A stretch of DNA of 64,000 nt from Candidatus Bathyarchaeota archaeon (GCA_023488905.1 JAMDCQ010000010.1:12-64011), one strand, 5' to 3'. Counted from the first letter of the stretch, positions 18,569-26,168 are shown. A program made the numbers and translations. Notes: generated from the letters alone by a model not told the origin.

Positions 18569-18742
18569 ATGGTGAACGATACAAACAACGAAGCATCACA
18601 AGTGCGCGTAGTTTTCCAGGGCGAACTCAAGAAACGGTTTGAAGCCGTAAAAAGACACTATTGTATAGAAAACAACGCTGAAGTGGTCCGATTACTCGTC
18701 TCGCTAAAATATGAGGACCTAAAGAAAGAAGGACGAATTTAA
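18569..18742 (+). CDS. small RHH-like protein, paralogue of 18214-18405 (57 aa, below the ORF-track cutoff)
   Basis: My translation is MVNDTNNEASQVRVVFQGELKKRFEAVKRHYCIENNAEVVRLLVSLKYEDLKKEGRI. It aligns without gaps to the 63-aa protein (QV.V.F.GE....EA.K..Y..E..AE.VR.LV). Confidence 0.4.
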   Translation: MVNDTNNEASQVRVVFQGELKKRFEAVKRHYCIENNAEVVRLLVSLKYEDLKKEGRI

Positions 18743-18777
18743 ACAAACCACAACTACAATACAGCCAGTTAATAGAG

Positions 18778-20277
18778 CTAAATGTAATATTTGAGTCTGT
18801 TTTGTAGGTACTTATCCGAATCTGGTGGGGCATTTCTCAATATCTCTCCTACTCTTTTGGCAAAGCCTATTGTTATTGGAGCTTTCGTGCAAAATTTTGC
18901 ATTGTTCCAATTTAGTTTCGTTAACGCTAATGTTTCTTCACAAATATCGTCTATTGGTGAATTACCCAAATGCTGGAGAATTTCAAGTGGAGAAGGAACC
19001 CTTGGTCCAGGATACATGCCAAGGTATGGTATAAATCCGTTTGTATACAGGAGAACGCTTTCGTCAGGCAATCTAATCATTGTCCCCCGAATAGGTGGCT
19101 GTACGCCCCATCTTACGAGCTTAAGGTTTCTAGTGCCAAAAGCTACCAAATCAAGTGTTATCCCTTCGCTTAAACCTGCTTTAAAACCTTCAATTTCATA
19201 GCTTTCGTATTTCGAGGTTTTATGTACGACAACTCTTCTAGGGAGTTGGTCGTTTTTAGAACTCTTGTACTGCGTAATCGCTTGTGTAATAATAGACGAG
19301 GCTTCTTCCTTTGTTACATGAAGGGTATAATTCTCATCTGTAATTGCTTTGCCGCCTTTGAAAACATACCCTTCGGAATCCAATGAGAATACTTGAGACA
19401 GCGCTGTTTTAACTGAAGCTGGGTCAGACCTATCCCTAAAAAATGAAACCCCTACATAACAAGTATCTGCCATAAGTTTCCTAACCCGCCAAGGAAGTCT
19501 ATTTGATTTATAAAACAAAGCAACAATCAAATTCCAATAAGTGGTCGCATCATCCTCTCGATTAGGTACTTCTGAATTGTATGGACTTGTTGTGTGAGGT
19601 CTCAAAATCTGGATGGGAATTTTATACTTCATGCATATTATCTTTATCATACTGCGTAAGTCTGTGGGTCTGAATGCTTCTAGCGCAGGAGAGGGCATCC
19701 CAAAGAATGTATCAAGCGGTCGGTGAAGACGCCTTTCTTTTTCGATAAACTTTTCTAAACTACTTTTTCTTCTCATTCCTCTATAGCCAATAGCGCCCTC
19801 TATGCAGTAATAATCTACAATTTTAGGATAAGCTAACAATAGTAACTCTGGCGAGGGGTCTTTATCAAGTAATGCCTTGATTTTTTCTTCAACGATAAGG
19901 CTAAAAAGTTCGATTCTATTTGACAGCGAAACACTCTTTTCCATTTGTGTTCTTAAGGATTCACCGTCTATTTGAGCAGCCCCTTTTACGTTTAGACGGA
20001 TTCTCAATTTGCCGATCCCGGGGAAGGCTATGTGCAGAAAAGTTCTATCTTTGCCATACGATGTTACGTTCAATTTCTCAATCAAATTTCTTGTTGCTTC
20101 TATTGATGAGGCATCCCCAATGATCCCAATGTTGATGTCGTAGTTTGCCGATTTATCGCCAAGCGGCCCTACAAGTGTCCACCCCATCTTTGGATCGGGA
20201 ACTAGTATTCCTTCCCCGACTTCAATTTGCGGTTCTTCGAAATACCTTGCAACAGGCTGGAATCTGGATAATTTCAA
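18778..20277 (-). CDS. short prokaryotic Argonaute (MID-PIWI only, catalytically inactive)
   Basis: 499 aa. MID pocket pattern is R208-x3-K212-x10-Q223...K257. PIWI blocks are TCYVGVSFF, RRVVVHKTS and PITIGFAKRVG, with a KYYI C-terminus. The catalytic D/D/H positions read S/T/K. TTG start lies 7 nt after GGAGG. Confidence 0.85.
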   Translation of the reverse strand: MKLSRFQPVARYFEEPQIEVGEGILVPDPKMGWTLVGPLGDKSANYDINIGIIGDASSIEATRNLIEKLNVTSYGKDRTFLHIAFPGIGKLRIRLNVKGAAQIDGESLRTQMEKSVSLSNRIELFSLIVEEKIKALLDKDPSPELLLLAYPKIVDYYCIEGAIGYRGMRRKSSLEKFIEKERRLHRPLDTFFGMPSPALEAFRPTDLRSMIKIICMKYKIPIQILRPHTTSPYNSEVPNREDDATTYWNLIVALFYKSNRLPWRVRKLMADTCYVGVSFFRDRSDPASVKTALSQVFSLDSEGYVFKGGKAITDENYTLHVTKEEASSIITQAITQYKSSKNDQLPRRVVVHKTSKYESYEIEGFKAGLSEGITLDLVAFGTRNLKLVRWGVQPPIRGTMIRLPDESVLLYTNGFIPYLGMYPGPRVPSPLEILQHLGNSPIDDICEETLALTKLNWNNAKFCTKAPITIGFAKRVGEILRNAPPDSDKYLQNRLKYYI

Positions 20278-20279
20278 GG

Positions 20280-21779
20280 CTAGTCCTCCAAAGATGTCTC
20301 ATCGAGTGGGTTAATGTCTCCAGTTTCGTCATTGGTTACAACATAGTCTAAAGGTTCAGATTTCAGAGAATCAAGAAAATCTGCACCAGTATGTTGATCC
20401 TCGGCAATTCCAAAGCTCGTTTTAGAAGTTAATGACAGAATTGAAACAATTACTTTGCCAGGTTCTTGGCCTAAATGCACTTCTTCCTTGTTCCCTGCGA
20501 GAATATGAAGCCATAGTTTCATGTCGTACAAGTAGTTGTTATTATGATAGTAAACATTTTTCTTTGTGCTAATTCGTACATTCAATCGATTATCGAGAGG
20601 TTGCAAGCCATCCCTTGTAAGGACACGTATTGGTTCAATGATTAGGTATACTCCATTTCCCAGAATTGTAAATCTTAAACGACCGCCAAAATGTTCGCAA
20701 TATGTCAAACGACCGGTATTTTTGTTGATTTTTAAGTTAACGAGTTCACGAGTGCTAGTGGCCTTATATGGCGTCCATGTTACTGATGGTACAGACCCCC
20801 CAAAATATCTCATGTAATAACGGTCCCTATCGGCGTCATAAAAGAATCTTTTACTCTTACAAAGCTCTTTGAGATTAAAATTCAACAATTTGACTAGTTT
20901 TTGATTGAGTTTGGGGTCATCAAGCCATTCTTGCGTTGAGTGCTCGGCTCCTGAAGAGCTAACACAAAGGCTTAATGGGTTTAATTCATCAAATGGACAA
21001 AAAGAGTATATTAGCTCATCCTCTAATAGGAACGCGGGAGTTTTCACTTCACCTTTTAAGTTTTCTTTAATTTTGGCATATATGTCATTTGCAAATCGAT
21101 ATTTTGTATTTGCAGAAAAGATTTTGTCGGGCAGCTCCTTAACGGGGTATAGATTTGACCATAAAGTCTCTTCCAAGCAATCTGGCTTCATTTTATGGTT
21201 TAGGACATTCAATGCATCTATGGGGATTTCGGATGTGTCTCTTTCTTCAGATGTGCGTTTTAAAAGAGCCCAAAAAAGATGCCAAAATTCCTCACCTGTA
21301 GCCGCAACGGTTGCCGAATTTCTCCTAGTGTAAACAGTCCCTTGTCTGAAAGCGACTTTATCGATGCCGTGTTCATCCTTATAAGCGCCTTCTGATTTCG
21401 GGATTACTAGGGAACCGATCGAACCGTGGATAAAGAGAATGGGGAACTTTCGATTTTTCCCTGCGACTAAAGAAATGTGCTCGAAGTAAGTGATTTTTAT
21501 GTGTCCCGTTGTCCACTTTGAAAATTTTTCAACCCAAGTCTGTGAATCTTTATGGAAATTTTCATCTATCCCAATTGGCTTGAAGGTTCCATCTTGAACG
21601 CCAAATATAATGTACCCGCCGCCCGAGTTCGCCATGCCGTAGACATCTTTTGCTATCTCCAACCAGTCCTTTGTGGTATCGTTAAATTTTTCCTTGTAAT
21701 CAAGGTCGGAAGACTCAATTTTTCTATTAATGAGTTCTTGAGCCAACTCAGGGCTGATTTCCATTAACTCCCCTCTCAA
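20280..21779 (-). CDS. pAgo-associated protein: N-terminal Schlafen/AlbA_2-like domain fused to a putative APAZ region
   Basis: ESSDLDYKEKF...AKDVYGMANSGGGYIIFGVQDG...GTVYTRRNS matches the AlbA_2 pattern (E..lEfK...AfaNt.GG.l.iGV.d.G...yiR.gs). Its stop is 2 nt before the pAgo start. The APAZ assignment comes only from position and length. The ATG at 21764, preceded by GAGG, may be the real start. Confidence 0.6.
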   Translation of the reverse strand: MRGELMEISPELAQELINRKIESSDLDYKEKFNDTTKDWLEIAKDVYGMANSGGGYIIFGVQDGTFKPIGIDENFHKDSQTWVEKFSKWTTGHIKITYFEHISLVAGKNRKFPILFIHGSIGSLVIPKSEGAYKDEHGIDKVAFRQGTVYTRRNSATVAATGEEFWHLFWALLKRTSEERDTSEIPIDALNVLNHKMKPDCLEETLWSNLYPVKELPDKIFSANTKYRFANDIYAKIKENLKGEVKTPAFLLEDELIYSFCPFDELNPLSLCVSSSGAEHSTQEWLDDPKLNQKLVKLLNFNLKELCKSKRFFYDADRDRYYMRYFGGSVPSVTWTPYKATSTRELVNLKINKNTGRLTYCEHFGGRLRFTILGNGVYLIIEPIRVLTRDGLQPLDNRLNVRISTKKNVYYHNNNYLYDMKLWLHILAGNKEEVHLGQEPGKVIVSILSLTSKTSFGIAEDQHTGADFLDSLKSEPLDYVVTNDETGDINPLDETSLED

Positions 21780-21919
21780 CTCATTTCAGGGTCATCACAA
21801 GCTTAAGAGTTATTGCACACTATTATTATATTTTCAACGAATTTTTTTAATACTTTAACACTTTACTGTCTATCCTTAGTTATAGAAGCATCCCTTGAGA
21901 ACGCAGGTAAGGCAAAAAG

Positions 21920-22066
21920 TTAAGTTAACTCGCTTGCATGTTCAGCTTCTTTTATCATCTCGATTTTTCTTCCAGCATTCTTCATTCTTAAGTAAATGTA
22001 TTTAGTCTGAACCACTTTTTCGCCGTTTTCAAGTCTTACAAGAACAACCCCTTTCTCGTGTCCCAT
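21920..22066 (-). CDS. small hypothetical protein (48 aa, not in ORF track)
   Basis: MGHEKGVVLVRLENGEKVVQTKYIYLRMKNAGRKIEMIKEAEHASELT. The ATG is preceded by GAGGTGA at a 6-nt spacing. Confidence 0.35.
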   Translation of the reverse strand: MGHEKGVVLVRLENGEKVVQTKYIYLRMKNAGRKIEMIKEAEHASELT

Positions 22067-22376
22067 TAGATTCACCTCGCAGTTCTTGTTCAAGGGAAAC
22101 TTGGCTTAAAGTTTTTCAGAACTCAGCCATCGCCCAAAGTTACCTGAACCGAGGGAGGTCATAGGTCCATACGGAGAGATTGCGCGGTTTTCTACATTGG
22201 CTTTGGTTGGTTATAAAAGGAGTTTTTTGTTTGTGAAGATTTTTTATTGGGGTGGGTGTGGTGTTGGTTTGGTTGCGTGCGGTTGCCTGACTGTATGGGC
22301 TGTTGGGTATTGCACGGTGGTTCTTGTGGGGAAAATAGCGGTCGCTACATGGTGCCACACGCATAATCGCGTGTTT

Positions 22377-22516
22377 CTATGTATTCTTGTGAAGAAAATC
22401 GCATAGCCCACACCGAAACAGAAGATGAAAACGGTTGCAAACCCAAAACACAGCCGCCCCCAACTGCTGTCGTGTGGTGTGCCGTAAACCAAAACACCCA
22501 CATAAAGAACGCAGAC
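22377..22516. repeat. left copy of ~140-bp inverted repeat (83-bp perfect core 22426-22508)
   Basis: Direct comparison with the reverse complement of 25281-25420. The core is identical and identity decays outward. Confidence 0.85.
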
Positions 22517-22534
22517 ACAAAAAAGAAAAGAAGG

Positions 22535-23314
22535 CTAGTTTACGTCGTTGGTTTCGATTTTCTTTACCATCTCAGCTACAATCTTGGTGAATGGGTGGTC
22601 AGGTTTATCCTGTGCGAAGATAAAGTTGCCTTCGGCGCGTAGAACCTCGCAGAAACATGGTACCATGCCAAGCATGGGCACTTTGTAGTCCGCCTTTATT
22701 TTTGTCTGCATCTCAGTCTTTCGGGATGATAAAGACGGGTCCAGCACCTTGTTTAGGACCAAGCCTGTTTTCTTCTCGAAGAGGTTGTAGAGTTCGGCTA
22801 GCATGCGTTTTGTGCCGTCTACGTCTGAGCGGTCGCCTGTTGTTGCAACCACCACGAAATCTGCTGCTACGATGGCGTTGATTGAGGAGTATTGGAGTCC
22901 TGGGCTTGTGTCGAAGACTAGGTAGTCGAATTTTTGGTCTCTTAGAAGGCTCTCTCTGAGCGCTAAAATTCTGCCTAACGCTCGCATTTCCCATTTACGG
23001 TCTTTGGAGGACATGTCGCGGATGGCTTCCGTAGACGGGTTAGCGAGGCAAGCGTAGAATTTTCCACTGCCGGGTATTCTTGGGCTCATGTCGACTATGG
23101 CTTTGTCGATTTCGCAGCTGTTGTTTAAATAATCGTTGAACCAAGTTTCGACGTTTTGGGCTTTTAGTATGGCAAATAAGCTTGGAGCTCTGAAGTCTAA
23201 GTCGAAGAGGCAAACTTTTTTTCCGTTCTTAGCAAGCGTGGCGGCAATGTTGACGGCCATTGAGGTTTTTCCAGTTCCACCCTTATAGGAGTGTACAGCG
23301 ATTATTTTGCTCAT
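22535..23314 (-). CDS. ParA/MinD-family P-loop ATPase
   Basis: Deviant Walker A HSYKGGTGKTS. LVFDTSPG and the overall MinD/ParA layout fit. 259 aa. Confidence 0.9.
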   Translation of the reverse strand: MSKIIAVHSYKGGTGKTSMAVNIAATLAKNGKKVCLFDLDFRAPSLFAILKAQNVETWFNDYLNNSCEIDKAIVDMSPRIPGSGKFYACLANPSTEAIRDMSSKDRKWEMRALGRILALRESLLRDQKFDYLVFDTSPGLQYSSINAIVAADFVVVATTGDRSDVDGTKRMLAELYNLFEKKTGLVLNKVLDPSLSSRKTEMQTKIKADYKVPMLGMVPCFCEVLRAEGNFIFAQDKPDHPFTKIVAEMVKKIETNDVN

Positions 23315-23318
23315 AATC

Positions 23319-23759
23319 TCAACTCTGTGCTTCCCTGTCTATGTAGAAGTAAGCTTTGCGGCCTTTGCGCTCCTTTTTAATGTAACCCATGATAACTAAT
23401 TGATTAAGATAAGCACTCTCAACTGCTCTAGCTCGTTGCGTCTGCTCCGCAACTTCCTCGGCTGTCGCTTTTGAGCACCGGCAAATCGTCATAGCGGTCT
23501 TTCGAAGGTGATCAGGCATAGAGAGAAGCGTCATGACATCCAACGACGCGTCGGGTATGGCTGGTACGTTATGTGGGTTAGGGTTTGCTGGACTGTTTTT
23601 TTGGATCTCGATCATGACTTCCATTTTCTCGTTAAGTTTCTCGAGGCTCTCCTCTATTTTTTCGAGTATGTTTAAGGGTTTTTTGCTGGATAGGTCGTTT
23701 CTAATCACTTTTATCCCCGAGTTGTTTTTCATGTGTACAGTTGTTGGATAACTAAACAC
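23319..23759 (-). CDS. winged-helix protein co-transcribed with ParA (candidate partition adaptor or centromere binder)
   Basis: 146 aa. The C-terminal part, ATAEEVAEQTQRARAVESAYLNQLVIMGYIKKERKGRKAYFYI, is MarR/TrmB-like wHTH. Its stop is 4 nt before the ParA start. Confidence 0.5.
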   Translation of the reverse strand: MFSYPTTVHMKNNSGIKVIRNDLSSKKPLNILEKIEESLEKLNEKMEVMIEIQKNSPANPNPHNVPAIPDASLDVMTLLSMPDHLRKTAMTICRCSKATAEEVAEQTQRARAVESAYLNQLVIMGYIKKERKGRKAYFYIDREAQS

Positions 23760-23898
23760 GTTAAGTGTTTATTAAGTCTTGCGATACTGAACTAAGTATT
23801 TTTGAAAAACATTTAACACTAAAAAACACCCAAAATTAAATGAAAAAATAAAGCAGACCTAAAAAAGAATAATAAACGGGGGTTAGAAAGTTGGGAGT

Positions 23899-24192
23899 TT
23901 AGTAGGGAACAGAAACCTGATTCCTTGCTTCCTCTACTATTGGCAGAACTTGTTTTAGTTCCTTGAAGTACTTCAAAACGGTAATGCCACGTTGGGTGAC
24001 AGCGAAAACTACACGCCGTTTACCAATCGTGCGCTCTTCCACTAGACCCTGTTTCATCAGAAAGTCTAGGTATTCTTTGAGGACACTGCAGTTAACGTTT
24101 GCCTTGTACATGACGTGGGTTAGCTTTAGGGGGCCACGATGTGCAAGTACCGTAAGGATATCGACGTACATTTCTAGTTTAGATCGACGCAC
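23899..24192 (-). CDS. small winged-helix DNA-binding protein
   Basis: 97 aa. ILTVLAHRGPLKLTHVMYKANVNCSVLKEYLDFLMKQGLVEE is a common archaeal wHTH family pattern. Confidence 0.65.
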   Translation of the reverse strand: MRRSKLEMYVDILTVLAHRGPLKLTHVMYKANVNCSVLKEYLDFLMKQGLVEERTIGKRRVVFAVTQRGITVLKYFKELKQVLPIVEEARNQVSVPY

Positions 24193-24282
24193 TTTATACT
24201 CCTCGTGTTTTGGTAAAGATTCTCAGTCTTGATATAAATCAATTATGTATTACTAATCAGTATTAAACTCCATAGATAGGGC

Positions 24283-24633
24283 TTAGCAGGCTGCTTTCTC
24301 TATGGTATTGTTTAACACGTTTAATCTATTTTCGAAGGCAGTCACCATGTCATCTAGCAATATTTCACGCAATTCTGTAGACAATCCGGTGATCTGTTCA
24401 TCAAAAACGTTGGCTAATTTAGCCTCTAATTGTTTTCTGTTTTTATCCGCAATTTGTTTCATGTACACATCATCCTCCAATTTACACAATGGAAACTCCA
24501 ATTGTTGGAAGCCATATAACTGACTTATGAAAGCGTCCTCTGAATCAAAAATAAGTACCAAAAAACTGAACCCACCCTCGGATTCGCGGATACTTAGTGT
24601 TAATCCTCTGTTCCTCAGCGTTATCACTTTCAT
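24283..24633 (-). CDS. hypothetical protein
   Basis: 116-aa ORF with no motif. Same strand as the partition genes. Confidence 0.4.
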   Translation of the reverse strand: MKVITLRNRGLTLSIRESEGGFSFLVLIFDSEDAFISQLYGFQQLEFPLCKLEDDVYMKQIADKNRKQLEAKLANVFDEQITGLSTELREILLDDMVTAFENRLNVLNNTIEKAAC

Positions 24634-24840
24634 AATGTCTCAAGTCATAAATAACCTAATGTATGTTGCAACGAATCCACACACTTTCTATTCATGCCAC
24701 CGCCTTGACAAAAAATTGAGTTTCTATTCCAATTAGTTTTGTTGTTTATGCGCAGCAACCACATAATGATTTAACCCGCCAAGATATTCAATTATTGAAT
24801 AAAATGCCATTTTTATGGTTACATTTCGGGCAGTCTTTTT

Positions 24841-25167
24841 ATGTTAAGTAATGTTAAGGAGAAATCGTGGAGCGTTTTTCTGGTTAACGGCTACATGGCA
24901 AACGACCAAGTTCGAGCACTGCGATGCGAAAACTGCAAGGCAACAACCGAAGTTTTAGTTGCAAACCACCACAACCCCAACCTGCTCCTCTATGGCTGCA
25001 AGGCTAGCAAATGCAGGCATCGTCTTCTTCGGCTGGATCTGACCAATGAAATATCAAACAAACTGACGTTTCAACAAGGAACAAACGCTACTATGGCAAA
25101 GGAAATCTACTGCGAAACAATTGCCCCCACAATTTCCTCCTACAATGTGGATATTAGGCAAACTTAA
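24841..25167 (+). CDS. hypothetical protein with possible zinc ribbon (CxxC...CxxxxC)
   Basis: 108-aa ORF containing CENCKA...CKASKC. The internal Met at nt 24895 may be the start. Confidence 0.3.
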   Translation: MLSNVKEKSWSVFLVNGYMANDQVRALRCENCKATTEVLVANHHNPNLLLYGCKASKCRHRLLRLDLTNEISNKLTFQQGTNATMAKEIYCETIAPTISSYNVDIRQT

Positions 25168-25280
25168 CCTGCTTGCACGACCGATTGCAAATGCCAGAGT
25201 CACACCATAAACGTAGGCGTTGAAGCTGCAGGTGAGAAATAAACGCCGAAGGTGGGGGTGAATTCGATCAGTGCAGCTTT

Positions 25281-25420
25281 GTCTGCGCTCTTTATGTGGG
25301 TGTTTTGGTTTACGGCACACCACACGACAGCAGTTGGGGGCGGCTGTGTTTTGGGTTTGCAACCGTTTTCAACGTCTGCTTCGGTGTGGGCTGTGCAATT
25401 TCCACCACACGCCATACATG
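25281..25420. repeat. right copy of ~140-bp inverted repeat (perfect core 25289-25371)
   Basis: Reverse complement matches 22377-22516. Confidence 0.85.
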
Positions 25421-25515
25421 CCTCTATGTTGAAACCAACACCCTGTGAACGTGAAACCATGATGAACTTGAAATTATTTCCACATCCCCTCGGCCGCCAC
25501 ACCCAAGCAGAGTGA

Positions 25516-25668
25516 TGGAGAGAGTCGAAGAAGCCATCCAAGCCAGCACCCACCAAAGTTACAAAAGCGCTTTCCAAATTGGGCCTTAAAATTACCAGAA
25601 AGCAGGGCAACCACGTGGTTCTAAAACATCCATATGACCGCCTCAGGTCTGATTACACGACAAACTGA
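25516..25668 (+). pseudogene. HicA-like toxin remnant (no start codon, truncated)
   Basis: The open frame reads ...PTKVTKALSKLGLKITRKQGNHVVLKHPYDRLRSDYTTN*. It resembles the HicA core (aLeklGf...rqkGSHv.l.hp) but lacks a start codon and the C-terminal part. Confidence 0.35.
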
Positions 25669-25922
25669 GCACTGCACTCTACTTTATTGTATTGCGCTCT
25701 ATGTGCCGTACCGTTTTCTGTAGTCCTGTAGAACAACAATACAGCCACATAAGCGTCAACAACGCAATTTTGCTCCCATCCGCAATTCAAACTTGATCCT
25801 TTTCCACCAACAAACCTGTACACATGCAGAACTGCTCTACACTTGGCATGTTAGAAATCAAATAAGCCCATAGCGCGAGATATGGATTTGGAGGCTGAAA
25901 GAAAAGCTCGAGGGAGAAGTAA

Positions 25923-26168
25923 ATGCAATCAGCTGTAGGGCCTTTGCTGCTGTTAACGTCCTCGGCGATGTTTTCGTGTATAGTAATCGGCTTTGCGGTA
26001 GGTGTGTCCGTTCAAACCCTTCAAGACCCCCAAACTCTTGCGCAGGAACAGTTTAACCGCTTAGAACTTGCACTTAATCAATCGAGTGGTTGGTTCAACC
26101 AAACTTACCCCCCACAAACCCCAAACCCACAACCCCCCACACAAAACGAAACATCGCCCTCCCCCTAA
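25923..26168 (+). CDS. small hypothetical membrane-anchored protein with Pro/Gln-rich tail
   Basis: 81-aa ORF with an N-terminal hydrophobic helix. Confidence 0.3.
   Translation: MQSAVGPLLLLTSSAMFSCIVIGFAVGVSVQTLQDPQTLAQEQFNRLELALNQSSGWFNQTYPPQTPNPQPPTQNETSPSP

Larger units (their letters stand above)
17713..25668. other. AT-rich accessory island next to tRNA-Gly (defence, toxin-antitoxin and plasmid-partition genes)
   Basis: Gene content is pAgo operon, RHH/nuclease pair, ParA cassette and HicA remnant. AT content is visibly higher than in flanking operons. No integrase or att duplication found. Confidence 0.5.

Noticed and set aside
18778-20277. Possibility that the Argonaute is an active slicer (long-pAgo-like)
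   Set aside because: It has only about 500 aa, with no N or PAZ region. By motif alignment the first, third and fourth tetrad positions read S, T and K.
22244-22642. ORFs 22244-22501 (-) and 22379-22642 (+), and their counterparts 25200-25610 (-) and 25252-25515 (+)
   Set aside because: They exist only because they cross the inverted repeat. Several frames stay open and all differences between the copies are non-synonymous in every frame, so I cannot support any of them as genes. The small outward-reading MWVFWF... frame is kept as a hypothesis in the findings.
17680-25922. Search for a duplicated tRNA-Gly 3' segment (att-like direct repeat) and for an integrase at the island ends
   Set aside because: I found no convincing partial tRNA copy near 22.1 kb or 25.6-25.9 kb, and no recombinase-like ORF. 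The integrative-element interpretation therefore remains unproven.
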